DNA of 64,000 bases, taken from Hyalangium minutum. Its GTDB lineage: Bacteria; Myxococcota; Myxococcia; Myxococcales; Myxococcaceae. The first letter of the stretch is position 1. Each line of letters starts with the position of its first letter. The notes below the pieces were generated by a model. It did no database searches. It was not told where the DNA came from and was given only the letters and a program-made list of their open reading frames with translations. Shown piece by piece: positions 39,020 through 49,938 of this stretch. Both the position numbers and the translations under genes were made by a program. The stretch spans positions 248,001 to 312,000 of the forward strand of contig NZ_JMCB01000003.1 of the NCBI RefSeq assembly GCF_000737315.1, given 5' to 3'.

Positions 39020-39049
39020 TTGACTGCCGGAATAACCGGTGTCTAGGGT
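39020..39049 (+). promoter_or_regulatory. Candidate sigma70 promoter of rpsA
   Basis: TTGACT 39020-25, 18-nt spacer, TAGGGT 39044-49. Confidence 0.4.
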
Positions 39050-39166
39050 GCGCGGCTTCTTCTTATCGTCCCCGAGGTGGGGACTCCCGGAACTCCCGCC
39101 GCGCCCCGCGGGAATCCTCCGGCCAGAACAGGGGCTGCTGTACCCGTTTCAAAGGACTTTCCATTC

Positions 39167-40882
<1,716 letters not shown>

Positions 40883-40912
40883 CCTCGCGCCTCCCCCTGG
40901 GAGGTACAGTCT

Positions 40913-40953
40913 GGCGGCCGGGTTTCCTCACGGGAGCCCGGCCGTCTGCTTTT
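40913..40953 (+). terminator. Rho-independent terminator of rpsA
   Basis: GGCGGCCGGGTTTCC-TCAC-GGGAGCCCGGCCGTC stem followed by TGCTTTT. Confidence 0.7.
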
Positions 40954-40968
40954 GAAGGAGAGGGTGTC

Positions 40969-41730
40969 GTGAGCGAGCCCGTGTACACGTACGGCCGGCC
41001 GGTGTGGCGGGAGCTGATGACTCGGGACGCAGCCAAGGCCCGAGCCTTCTATGCCGAGCTCTTTGGGTGGACGTACGAGGACGTCGATCTGGGCGAGCGC
41101 GGCAACTACACGCGCATCCTGATCGGCGGGAAGGCCCTGGGTGGGTTGTGGGAGGTGCTTCCGGACAACCCGTCGCCTTCGCTGTGGATGAGCTACGTGT
41201 CCGTCCCGGACGTGGACGCGGTGGCGCGGCAGGCGGTGCAGCTTGGCGGCAAGGTGGTGCGCGGCCCAGCAGAGTTCACGGGGCGCGGACGCTTCGCCGT
41301 GGTGCGCGACTTCGCGGGCGCGGTGTTCATTGTGTTCCACGCGCTGGCGGGAGATCCGCCGCTGGAGCCAGTCAGGCCCGGCGAGTTCTGCTGGGAGAGC
41401 ATCGCCACGCCGGATGTGCCGCGAGCCAAGGACTTCTACGAGAAGCTGCTGGGCTGGAAGGCGCTGAAGGGCCGCGAGGGCGCCGAGGCCTTGTTCACCG
41501 TGGACGGCACGCTGGAGGGCCAGATCGCCGATCTGCTGCACACCCAGGGCTTCACTCCCGCTTGGATGCCCAGTGTCCGGGTGGAGAAGCTGGGGCTGAT
41601 GAGTGAGCGAGTGGCCGAGCTGGGAGGAGAAGTCATTGCGCACTTCTCGGTGTTTCGCGTGGGCCGCATCGCTGTGGTCTCGGATCCCGTGGGCGGACAG
41701 CTGAGTATTTACGAGCCGACCAGTCGGTAG
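40969..41730 (+). CDS. VOC / glyoxalase-bleomycin resistance family protein (two domains)
   Basis: WRELMT.D...A.AFY.ELFGW and CWESIAT.D...AKDFY.KLLGW repeats. Confidence 0.88.
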   Translation: MSEPVYTYGRPVWRELMTRDAAKARAFYAELFGWTYEDVDLGERGNYTRILIGGKALGGLWEVLPDNPSPSLWMSYVSVPDVDAVARQAVQLGGKVVRGPAEFTGRGRFAVVRDFAGAVFIVFHALAGDPPLEPVRPGEFCWESIATPDVPRAKDFYEKLLGWKALKGREGAEALFTVDGTLEGQIADLLHTQGFTPAWMPSVRVEKLGLMSERVAELGGEVIAHFSVFRVGRIAVVSDPVGGQLSIYEPTSR

Positions 41731-41743
41731 GTCCGGCCAAAGG

Positions 41744-41757
41744 TGAATCAGGATTCA
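41744..41757. promoter_or_regulatory. Palindrome TGAATC-AG-GATTCA upstream of the thiolase-scoAB operon
   Basis: Perfect 6-bp inverted repeat with a 2-nt spacer in an intergenic region. Confidence 0.4.
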
Positions 41758-41890
41758 TGTGGGTGGTGCCTCCCTGAAGCAGGGGTGTTATCCATTGTCT
41801 GCCCCAGCGGCGGGAGCGCTTGACCCCTCATGAAGAGGTGGTGATAAGGGCTCCCTTGTTCGTATCACCGGTCTCCAAGGAGGCAGTTTC

Positions 41891-43072
41891 ATGGCTCGTG
41901 AAGTCGTCATCGTGGGCGCGGCCCGTACTCCCATCGGGGCCTTCCAGGGCTCTCTCTCCAAGCTGACGGCTCCGCAGCTCGGTGCCATCGTCATCAAGGC
42001 GGCGCTGGAGCGCGCGGGCGTGAAGCCGGAGGCCGTGCAGGAGGTCATCATGGGCTGCGTGCTCCAGGCGGGCGTGGGCCAGGCCCCCGCGCGCCAGGCC
42101 ATGCGTGCCGCCGGCCTTCCGGATACCGTGCCGGCCACCACGCTGAACAAGGTGTGTGGCTCGGGCCTCAAGGCCGTCATCGCCGGTGCGCAGGCGATCG
42201 CCCTGGGCGACGCGGACGTGGTGGTGGTGGGTGGCATGGAGTCCATGTCCAACGCCCCCTACGTGAGCCACTCCATGCGTGGCGGCGCTCGCATGGGCAA
42301 CGTCGAGTTCAAGGACGCGATGATCCTCGACGGCCTGTGGGATCCTTATGACAACGTCCACATGGGCATCTGCGCCGAGGAGTGCGCCACGTCGCAGAAC
42401 GTGAGCCGCTCGCAGCAGGACGAGTACGCGATGGAGTCCACCCGCCGCGCCATCCAGGCCCAGAAGGAGGGCCTGTTCACCGCGGAGATCATCCCGGTGC
42501 CCGTGCCCGGCAAGAAGCCCGAGGACACCGTCATCGTCGCCGAGGACGAGGGCCCCCGGAATGCCAAGCCGGAGAAGATCGCGGGCCTCAAGCCTGTGTT
42601 CAAGAAGGACGGTACGGTGACGGCGGCCAACGCCTCCTCCATCAACGACGGCGCCGCGGCGCTGGTGCTGATGAGCGAGGAGCGCGCCAAGGCCGAGGGC
42701 CGCACCATCCTCGGCCGCATCACCGGCTACGCCCAGGCGGCGCGCAAGCCGGTGGAGTTCACCATCGCCCCGGCGGACGCCATCAACAAGCTGCTGGAGA
42801 AGAAGAGCCTGAAGGCGGACGCGGTGGACCTCTGGGAGATCAACGAGGCGTTCGCGGTGGTGTCCATCGCCAACAACCGGCTGCTCAAGCTGGACCCGTC
42901 CAAGGTGAACGTGCGCGGCGGCGCGGTGGTGCTCGGGCACCCGATCGGCGCCTCGGGCGCGCGCGTGCTGGTGACGCTGCTGCACACGATGAAGGATCAG
43001 GACAAGAAGCGTGGCGTGGCGTCGCTGTGCATCGGCGGCGGCGAGGGCATCGCGCTGATGGTGGAGCGCTGA
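41891..43072 (+). CDS. atoB: Acetyl-CoA acetyltransferase (thiolase)
   Basis: NKVCGSG (catalytic Cys), NEAF, GHPIGASG, SLCIGGG. Confidence 0.93.
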   Translation: MAREVVIVGAARTPIGAFQGSLSKLTAPQLGAIVIKAALERAGVKPEAVQEVIMGCVLQAGVGQAPARQAMRAAGLPDTVPATTLNKVCGSGLKAVIAGAQAIALGDADVVVVGGMESMSNAPYVSHSMRGGARMGNVEFKDAMILDGLWDPYDNVHMGICAEECATSQNVSRSQQDEYAMESTRRAIQAQKEGLFTAEIIPVPVPGKKPEDTVIVAEDEGPRNAKPEKIAGLKPVFKKDGTVTAANASSINDGAAALVLMSEERAKAEGRTILGRITGYAQAARKPVEFTIAPADAINKLLEKKSLKADAVDLWEINEAFAVVSIANNRLLKLDPSKVNVRGGAVVLGHPIGASGARVLVTLLHTMKDQDKKRGVASLCIGGGEGIALMVER

Positions 43073-43155
43073 GCTTCCACTTCTCCTGAACGGGAGAAGA
43101 CTGGGGGTGGGGGAGTGGCTCCCTCACCCCCGTTCCACATGTAGCGGGAGGGCGG

Positions 43156-43854
43156 ATGAACAAGATCTACGCGAGCGCGGACGAGGCGGTCGCCGACATC
43201 CCGGATGGCGCCACGCTGATGAGCGGCGGCTTCGGGCTGTGCGGTAACCCTGAGAACCTGATTGAGGCGCTTCATCGCAAGGGCGTGAAGCACCTCACGA
43301 TCATCTCGAACAACTGCGGCACCGACGACAAGGGCCTGGGGATCCTGCTGGCGAACAAGCAGGTGAAGAAGATGGTCTCCAGCTACGTGGGTGAGAACAA
43401 GGAGTTCGAGCGCCAGTTCATCTCCAAGGAGCTGGAGGTGGAGCTCAACCCGCAGGGCACGCTGGCCGAGCGCATCCGCGCGGGCGGCTGCGGCATTGGC
43501 GGCTTCTTCACCCCCACCGGCGCGGGCACCCTGCTCACCGAGGGCAAGGAGACGCGCATGATCGACGGGCGCCTGCACGTGCTGGAGACGCCGCTCAAGG
43601 CGGACTTCGCCATCGTGCGGGCCTGGAAGGCGGATCGCTGGGGCAACCTGGTGTTCCGCAAGACGGCCCGGAACTTCTCGCCGATGATGTGCATGGCGGC
43701 GAAGGTGACGATCGTCGAGGCGGAGCACATCGTGGAGCCTGGCGAGCTCGACGGTGATTTGATTCACGTACCCAGCATCTTCGTGAAGCGCATCATCCAG
43801 TCGAAGAACCTCAAGAAGTGGATCGAGCGGCGCACCGTCCGCAAGCAGGCGTGA
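43156..43854 (+). CDS. scoA: 3-oxoacid CoA-transferase subunit A
   Basis: [43 protein letters not shown]. Confidence 0.92.
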   Translation: MNKIYASADEAVADIPDGATLMSGGFGLCGNPENLIEALHRKGVKHLTIISNNCGTDDKGLGILLANKQVKKMVSSYVGENKEFERQFISKELEVELNPQGTLAERIRAGGCGIGGFFTPTGAGTLLTEGKETRMIDGRLHVLETPLKADFAIVRAWKADRWGNLVFRKTARNFSPMMCMAAKVTIVEAEHIVEPGELDGDLIHVPSIFVKRIIQSKNLKKWIERRTVRKQA

Positions 43855-43861
43855 GGAACCC

Positions 43862-44518
43862 ATGCCACTGACTCGTGAACAGATCGCGCAGCGCATCGCC
43901 CAGGAGCTGAAGGACGGCTTCTACGTGAACCTGGGCATTGGCATGCCCACGCTGGTGGCCAACTACGTCCCTGCGGGCGTGGACATCGTGCTCCAGTCCG
44001 AGAACGGCCTGCTGGGCATCGGCCCCTGGCCCATGGAGGGCGAGGAGGATCCGGACCTCATCAACGCCGGCAAGGAGACGGTGACGGCGCTGAAGGGCTC
44101 GGCGTACTTCGACTCGGCGCTGTCGTTCGGGATGATCCGCGGCGGCCACATCGACATGGCGGTGCTCGGGGCCATGGAGGTGAGCGAGCAGGGTGACCTG
44201 GCCAACTGGATGATCCCCGGGAAGATGGTGAAGGGCCCGGGTGGCGCCATGGATCTCGCGGTGGGCGCCAAGCGCATCTACGTGGCCATGGAGCACGTCA
44301 ACAACAAGGGCGAGCCGAAGATCCTCACCCAGTGCGCCCTCCCCATTACGGGGCTCAAGTGCGTGCACCACATCGTCACGGACCACGCGTTCCTGGATGT
44401 GACTCCCGAGGGTCTGGTGCTGCGGGAGCTGGCCCCCGGAGTGACGGTGGAGCAGGTGCAGAAGCTCACCCAGCCGAAGTTCAAGGTGGCCCCGGACTTG
44501 CGGGAGATGAAGGTCTGA
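43862..44518 (+). CDS. scoB: 3-oxoacid CoA-transferase subunit B
   Basis: [14 protein letters not shown] (catalytic Glu), INAGKE, GDLANW, GGAMDL. Confidence 0.92.
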   Translation: MPLTREQIAQRIAQELKDGFYVNLGIGMPTLVANYVPAGVDIVLQSENGLLGIGPWPMEGEEDPDLINAGKETVTALKGSAYFDSALSFGMIRGGHIDMAVLGAMEVSEQGDLANWMIPGKMVKGPGGAMDLAVGAKRIYVAMEHVNNKGEPKILTQCALPITGLKCVHHIVTDHAFLDVTPEGLVLRELAPGVTVEQVQKLTQPKFKVAPDLREMKV

Positions 44519-44535
44519 AGGGTTGACGCATCGCT

Positions 44536-44574
44536 GCTCCGCTGCGAGCATCCAGCACCGTCTCGCAGCGGAGC
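44536..44574 (+). promoter_or_regulatory. Perfect 13-bp stem-loop covering the RBS of the PilZ gene
   Basis: GCTCCGCTGCGAG (44536-48) pairs with CTCGCAGCGGAGC (44562-74); GGAG 44570-73 lies in the 3' arm; ATG at 44579. Confidence 0.6.
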
Positions 44575-44578
44575 GCCC

Positions 44579-44956
44579 ATGGCCGATCAATCTTCCAAGT
44601 CCACCGTCGCGCCGCGCCCGCATCGGCTCGAGTATGAGCTCCCGGTGGCGTACCGGACCGTGTCTGGCTTCGTCACGGACTGGGCGGTGAACATCTCCCG
44701 AGGGGGGCTCTTCATCAACACGCAGAAGCCCCTGCCCGTGGGCACGCACGTGAAGCTCATCGTGTCGCTGCCGGGCACCGAGTTCCCGTTCGACATGACG
44801 GGTCGGGTGACGCGCGTGAACGAGACCCATCAGGCCCCCAATCAAGTTCCGGGCATGGCCATCGAGTTCGTTGGCGTGGATGAGGAGAAGCGCATCCGGC
44901 TCGAGGAGTTCGTGGAGCGCCTGCGCAAGGCGCTCCCTCCGGAAGAGCGCGGCTGA
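44579..44956 (+). CDS. Stand-alone PilZ-domain protein (myxobacterial TIGR02266 type)
   Basis: NISRGGLFI, LPVGT.V.L, GRV.RV, PGMAIEF. Confidence 0.88.
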   Translation: MADQSSKSTVAPRPHRLEYELPVAYRTVSGFVTDWAVNISRGGLFINTQKPLPVGTHVKLIVSLPGTEFPFDMTGRVTRVNETHQAPNQVPGMAIEFVGVDEEKRIRLEEFVERLRKALPPEERG

Positions 44957-44965
44957 GCCGCGGAG

Positions 44966-45709
44966 TTACTTGGCGATGAGATCCGCGGGCGAGCGAGGGG
45001 CCACCTCGTAGGTGGTCTCGTACTGCGCGCCGAAGCCCACCACCTGGATCTCCTTGCCTGCGGCCAGCGCTTGCAGGGCCGCCTTGTCGAAGCCCGCGGA
45101 GACGTGGACGAAGATCTGGATCTCGCCCGAGCCGTCGTCGATGTACAGCTTGTAGCCGTACGGCGAGTCGTCCTGGAAGGTCTTCGTGATCTTGCCCTTG
45201 ACCTGGATGAGCTGGCCCTCGACGGACTCGTTGACCGCGCCGGTGCCCACCTTTGTGGGGGAGAGCTTCTTGGTTCCCTTGAGGACCGTGACGCCGCTGG
45301 GCTCGGCCTTCAGGGTGCGCAGCTTGTTCTGCTCGTCCAGGACGCCCGTGACGCGGACCTGCGTGCCGACGCCGAAGGACTGCTTCTCGGCCATCTTCAC
45401 GTAGACGCCGGCCGTGCCGTCCTGCACGGCGAAGCCCTGGTCCTCCAGCGCGGACGTGAAGGCGCCCGGCGCGACCGTGACGGTGCCTTCAATCGTGACC
45501 GTGGCGCCCGTGGCTTCCGCCCGGGCCTTGGAGATGTTGAGCTTCTTGGCAGGGGCCTGGGCTGGGGGCGCCGCAGCTGGAGTGGGGTTGTCCGCGTAGG
45601 CGGGCACCACGGCGAGGAGCGCCGCAGCCAGCGTGGACCGCAGCCAGGGGGTGGACGACAGCCTGCGAGAGAGACTCGGAGTGAAAGTGGGCATGCCGCC
45701 ATTTGGCAT
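44966..45709 (-). CDS. Secreted protein with two OB-fold-like domains
   Basis: Signal AALLAVVPAYA; VTIEG.V...FAVQD.TAG.YV and V.G.I...YGYKLYIDDGSGEIQIFV. The start may be 45694. Confidence 0.7.
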   Translation of the reverse strand: MPNGGMPTFTPSLSRRLSSTPWLRSTLAAALLAVVPAYADNPTPAAAPPAQAPAKKLNISKARAEATGATVTIEGTVTVAPGAFTSALEDQGFAVQDGTAGVYVKMAEKQSFGVGTQVRVTGVLDEQNKLRTLKAEPSGVTVLKGTKKLSPTKVGTGAVNESVEGQLIQVKGKITKTFQDDSPYGYKLYIDDGSGEIQIFVHVSAGFDKAALQALAAGKEIQVVGFGAQYETTYEVAPRSPADLIAK

Positions 45710-45817
45710 GAATGGAGGGGGGCTTCAATTCGCGAATACTCGTGGAAGGGAGCGCGATCTCGGGACGGAAATCCGTTCGCGCTGGGTTACGGTGGGAGCG
45801 CAGTGCTGAGTGTTCCC

Positions 45818-47110
45818 ATGCCCCTGTCCGTCTTGCCTGAAAGCCCTGTGGATCTGACCATCGAACGCCTCGGGCAGCTCGGCGAAGGCGTTGCGTCCTG
45901 GCAGGGACGCACGGTGTTCGTTCCGGGGGCCTTCCCTGGTGATCTCGTCAGCGTTCACCTGGAGCAGCAGGGCAAGGTGCTCCGAGGACTGCTCCGGCAG
46001 GTGGTGACGCCGGGGAAGGACCGGCGCCCGTCTCCGTGTGCCCTCAGCGGCGACTGTGGGGGGTGCGACTGGCTGGAGTTGGACGTGGCCGCTCAACGTT
46101 CGGCCAAGCAGGAGATCGTCCTCTCAACCTTGGAACATCTGGGGCACCTTCAGAGGGACCGATTCACCGTGCGTCCGCTGCTCGTAGCGCCGAGGGACTT
46201 CGGGTACCGGCGGCGGGCGGTGCTGCACTTCGCCAAGGGCTCGCTGGCCTACTTTGGGCGCCGCAGCCACGAGAAGGTCGCTGTCTCCGAGTGCGGTGCG
46301 CTCACCCCTGTGCTCGCACCGCTTCCGGGAAAGCTGGCGCCGCTGCTTAAGCCTCTCTCCAAGGACGCCGAGGAGGTTCACCTCCTCGCAGAGGGCAGCA
46401 AGGCGGCCTTCGCGGTCATGCTGACAGGGCCTGTGACGGCCCGGCACGTGGAAGCCACGGAGGCCGCAGTGCGGGCCTTGCGGTTGGAGGGCGCGGTGCT
46501 GGTGCCCAAGGAAGGGTCGCCCCGGCTTGTTGGGAAGCCTGCGCTCCGCTCGCTGTCTCCGCTGCGCCCGGAGGTGCCGATCTACCTGCGGCCGGACTCC
46601 TTCGCCCAGGCCCATGCCGAGGCCAATGTGGGTCTCGTCACGGCGGCCCTGTACGAACTGGCGCCTCGGGAGACGGACTCCGTCCTCGAGCTGTACTCCG
46701 GCAATGGCAACTTCACCTTCCCGCTGGCGGCCACGGCGGCCTCTGTGCTGGGCGTGGAGTCCTCCCCCGTGGGGGTCGAACTGGCCCAGCGCAGCGCTCG
46801 GGAGGGAGGGGTGGCCAACGTGCGCTTCATCCAGGGAGACGCTCGCAAGGTGTGCGACGGGCTCAAGGGCGAGGGCCAGCGGTTCGACCTTTGCCTCGCG
46901 GACCCGCCTCGCGCGGGGGCTCCTGGACTCGCACGCCAAGTATCAGCACTGGGCGTGAAAAGAGTGGTGTATGTGGCCTGTGACCCGGCGTCGCTCGCCC
47001 GGGATGCTGCGGGGTTGGTGGAGGAGGGTTACAAGCCCCTGGCGCTCCAGGTGGTTGACATGTTCCCCCAGACCCACCACGTGGAAGCCGTCATGTCGTT
47101 CGAGCGCTGA
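45818..47110 (+). CDS. rlmD: TRAM-domain class I SAM-dependent RNA (uracil-5)-methyltransferase, RlmD/TrmA family
   Basis: TRAM start IERLGQLGEG; C.LSGDCGGC Fe-S motif; FAQ, ELYSGNGNF, DPPRAG, YVACDP..LARD, DMFPQTHHVE. Confidence 0.85.
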   Translation: MPLSVLPESPVDLTIERLGQLGEGVASWQGRTVFVPGAFPGDLVSVHLEQQGKVLRGLLRQVVTPGKDRRPSPCALSGDCGGCDWLELDVAAQRSAKQEIVLSTLEHLGHLQRDRFTVRPLLVAPRDFGYRRRAVLHFAKGSLAYFGRRSHEKVAVSECGALTPVLAPLPGKLAPLLKPLSKDAEEVHLLAEGSKAAFAVMLTGPVTARHVEATEAAVRALRLEGAVLVPKEGSPRLVGKPALRSLSPLRPEVPIYLRPDSFAQAHAEANVGLVTAALYELAPRETDSVLELYSGNGNFTFPLAATAASVLGVESSPVGVELAQRSAREGGVANVRFIQGDARKVCDGLKGEGQRFDLCLADPPRAGAPGLARQVSALGVKRVVYVACDPASLARDAAGLVEEGYKPLALQVVDMFPQTHHVEAVMSFER

Positions 47111-47120
47111 AGGAGGCCCC

Positions 47121-48518
47121 GTGGACGCCCGCATCGTCGAGTTCGCCGAGGTGCTCCGCCAGAACGGCGTGCGTGTCAGCACGTCTGAGGTTCAGGATGC
47201 TCTGCGCGCCAGTGCCGTCGTGGGCCTGAAGGAGCGCGCTGTGTTCCGCGCCGTGCTGCGCACCACGCTCGTCAAGCGCGAGCTGGATGTGGACGTGTTC
47301 AACCGCGCCTTTGACTTCTACTTCTCGGGCGCGGCCAAGACGTTCGAGGCGCTCGATAAGTCGCTCGCGAAGCAGATCGAGGAGGAGGGCTACCTCCAGG
47401 GCGACGAGCTGAAAATGGTGCTGTACCAGATGAACTTGCTGTTCCCGGAGATGTCTCCGCTCGCCAAGGCCATCGTGGAGGGAGACAGGGCCCGGATGGC
47501 GCAGATCTTCCGCGCCGCCATGCTTCAGCTCGACCTGTCTCGCATGGAGAGTGGTCTCCAGGCCGGGTTCTTCTCCCGGCGGCTGCTCGCGGGCGCAGGC
47601 ATGGAGCGGGCACGCTCGGACCTGAAGTCCCTGGAGGCCGAGCTCGCCGCCCGGGGCCTGTCCGCCGATGGCGTGGAGATCGTCTCCCGCTATGTCGCGG
47701 ATGCGATGCGGAAGATCGAAGAGGCCGCGCGCCAGGAGGTGAAGCGGCAGGCCGAGGCGCGAATCCGTCGGCGCACGGACTCGGTGACGGAGAAGCCGCT
47801 GCACCTGCTCACCCAGGCTGAGGTGGACCAGATGCAGTCCGCCGTGCGCACCCTGGCCGAGAAGCTCAAGAGCCGGCTCATTCGCAAGCAGCGCTCACAT
47901 CGGCGCGGGGCGCTTCATGTGCGCCGCACGCTCCGCCGCAACCTGCCGTGGGGTGGGGTGCCCATGGTGCCCCTGTTCCGCTCGCGCCGCCCCGAGCGCC
48001 CCGAAGTGGTCGTCCTCTGCGATGTCTCGGACTCGGTGCGCAACGCCGCGCGGATGATGCTGCTGTTCACGTACACACTGCAGGAGCTGTTCGTGCGCGT
48101 GCGCTCCTTCGTCTTCGTCTCGGACGTGGGCGAGGTGACGCAGTACTTCAAGGACCTCGATGTGGACCAGGCCATCGATATGGCCACCGCGGGCAAGGCC
48201 GTGTCCCTGAGCGCGAACTCGAATTATGGCCGGGCGCTCGCGGAATTTGTCCGCGATCACCTGGGCAGCATCACCCGGCGCACCACGGTGATGATCATTG
48301 GAGACGGCCGGAACAACTACAACCCGAACAACGTCTGGGCGCTGAAGGACCTGCAGCGCAAGGCCAAGCGCGTGCTCTGGATCTGTCCCGAGGATCGGGG
48401 CAACTGGGGCATCGGCGACAGCGAGATGCTCACCTACGAGAAGCACTGCTATCAGGCCGTGGTAGTCAACTCGGTGAACGATCTCGCGCGCATCGCCGAC
48501 CAGCTCGTTCCCGCCTGA
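47121..48518 (+). CDS. CoxE-like VWA domain protein
   Basis: GTG start after AGGAGG; LRQNGVRVST; MIDAS CDVSDSV; SNYG; IIGDGRNNY. Confidence 0.88.
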   Translation: MDARIVEFAEVLRQNGVRVSTSEVQDALRASAVVGLKERAVFRAVLRTTLVKRELDVDVFNRAFDFYFSGAAKTFEALDKSLAKQIEEEGYLQGDELKMVLYQMNLLFPEMSPLAKAIVEGDRARMAQIFRAAMLQLDLSRMESGLQAGFFSRRLLAGAGMERARSDLKSLEAELAARGLSADGVEIVSRYVADAMRKIEEAARQEVKRQAEARIRRRTDSVTEKPLHLLTQAEVDQMQSAVRTLAEKLKSRLIRKQRSHRRGALHVRRTLRRNLPWGGVPMVPLFRSRRPERPEVVVLCDVSDSVRNAARMMLLFTYTLQELFVRVRSFVFVSDVGEVTQYFKDLDVDQAIDMATAGKAVSLSANSNYGRALAEFVRDHLGSITRRTTVMIIGDGRNNYNPNNVWALKDLQRKAKRVLWICPEDRGNWGIGDSEMLTYEKHCYQAVVVNSVNDLARIADQLVPA

Positions 48519-48529
48519 CGGAGACCCAC

Positions 48530-49027
48530 ATGCCTTCCTTCTTGGACGATTTGAACAGCAGTGCCATCGACTCGGGCATCCAGGCGGCGGATGACAGGAC
48601 GCTCCGGCTCGCCTCCCACCCACTTACCGAGCAGGAGCTCGCTGGGCTGATCTGGTACCAGGAGAGCTACCTGGCTGTGGCCGAGCCCAATCCCAGCGCC
48701 GAAGGGCTCGCCCAGGCCCACGCCGAGGGTCTCAAGGCCTCCGGACTGGAGTTCAAGCATGTCGGGCTGGGGCTGGCGCTCCTCCGGGCCTACTGCGGCC
48801 AGCGCTGGGCCGTGAACAAGCTGAAGGACAAGCTGAAGCAACTGGAGTCCCAGGGCGCTGAGGTGGACGAGCTGCGCGGCCGCGTCCGGGGTGAGCTGGC
48901 CCGTCTGGAGCGAACCGATGCCTTCGTCCGAAGGTATGGCGAGGGGCCAATCGCGCTCCTCCAGAAGCACGAGGAGACGCTGCTCGGGCTCCATACCCGG
49001 ATGACGCGGGTGCTCAGTCGTGGATGA
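48530..49027 (+). CDS. Hypothetical helical protein
   Basis: GGAG RBS before ATG 48530; GC3-biased frame. Confidence 0.7.
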   Translation: MPSFLDDLNSSAIDSGIQAADDRTLRLASHPLTEQELAGLIWYQESYLAVAEPNPSAEGLAQAHAEGLKASGLEFKHVGLGLALLRAYCGQRWAVNKLKDKLKQLESQGAEVDELRGRVRGELARLERTDAFVRRYGEGPIALLQKHEETLLGLHTRMTRVLSRG

Positions 49028-49152
49028 GACTGCAGAAACAATTTGGTGGAGTTGTGAAATTGCAAGCTGACAGAGCAAGAACTGCGCTTGTGTTAAAGCA
49101 CTGTCAGCCAAGTCCATTGCCGGCCATTTGCGACACAGCACCACCTGGAACT

Positions 49153-49896
49153 ATGAGCATGCCTTCGGCGCGAACGTCGGCCAAGAGTCTCTTTGTTGCC
49201 ATGCTGATCAGTATTGGGTGCGCGCCGGTTCCCATCAAAGATGTTATTGCTAAGCCAAGCAACGGCTTCCTGGAGAGCCTTCCTCCGATGGAGGACTTTG
49301 GCCGTTTCGATTCCTTCATGGATGCGCTCGACAAGGCCTGCGACTTGGTTCTCTCGAAACCACACGCAAGTGTGGTTGGTATTCAAGATCCCGAGTTGGC
49401 TCAGCGCGTCGCGGACGAGTACTGCGCATGGCTTTATTACGCCTCGGATGAGAAGTACCACATGAGCATGCTGACGAATCAGTCAGATGGAGACGAGGCG
49501 TTGACGCGCAAGAAAACGTGCAGGCTTCCTGCCTCCGTGGATGATCCCCGCTTCCCTGCGTGGAGCATCAAGTACGTTTTCGCTCTTCATAATCACCCAT
49601 TTGGAGGGCCTCTTTCTTTGTCCGACCTGAAGCGGATCATCGCGTTTGCGAATACCCATGAGTGGGTCGTGGATACGAAGGATGGGAAGGTTCCCCTGGC
49701 CATGGTGGCGTTCTTCTCAAACTCGGGTGGTGAGGGCGCCCGGTGCGATGGCTTCTACCAGTACACCCCGGAAACCCGTGAGTTGGTCAAGTTCACTCAA
49801 ACGCAAGGAGAGTGGTTCCGGGAGGATATTGGGCGCGTCACTTGGGTCGATGAGAAGAGTTACAAGCTCAATGAGAAGCTCTATCGGTCAAGATAG
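49153..49896 (+). CDS. Lipoprotein with a JAB/MPN-like HxH...SxxD motif
   Basis: Lipobox ISIG-C23; DEYC (Glu 49417) and HNHPFGGPLSLSD (49588-49626); low GC. Confidence 0.7.
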   Translation: MSMPSARTSAKSLFVAMLISIGCAPVPIKDVIAKPSNGFLESLPPMEDFGRFDSFMDALDKACDLVLSKPHASVVGIQDPELAQRVADEYCAWLYYASDEKYHMSMLTNQSDGDEALTRKKTCRLPASVDDPRFPAWSIKYVFALHNHPFGGPLSLSDLKRIIAFANTHEWVVDTKDGKVPLAMVAFFSNSGGEGARCDGFYQYTPETRELVKFTQTQGEWFREDIGRVTWVDEKSYKLNEKLYRSR

Positions 49897-49938
49897 CGGA
49901 GTGAGTATGAGTGCTTTGGCCAAGAGAGTTGCCCGCAT

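Noticed and set aside
38792-39166. tRNA or structured ncRNA in the longest intergenic gaps
   Set aside because: No cloverleaf, T-loop (GTTCGA) context or riboswitch consensus recognised; consistent with a terminator plus the rpsA promoter and leader.
43104-43131. Similar hairpins GGGGGAG..TGGCTCCC at about 43105 and 58878 as a REP family
   Set aside because: Only two short, G-rich, partly matching copies; explainable as ordinary intergenic stem-loops.
45071-45817. N-terminal extensions in the ORF track (679-aa rlmD, 409-aa hbd, 601-aa rpsA, 571-aa ELWxxDGT, 359-aa ORF at 47948)
   Set aside because: The extensions overlap neighbouring genes or lack family similarity; downstream starts with an RBS or family N-terminus were used instead.
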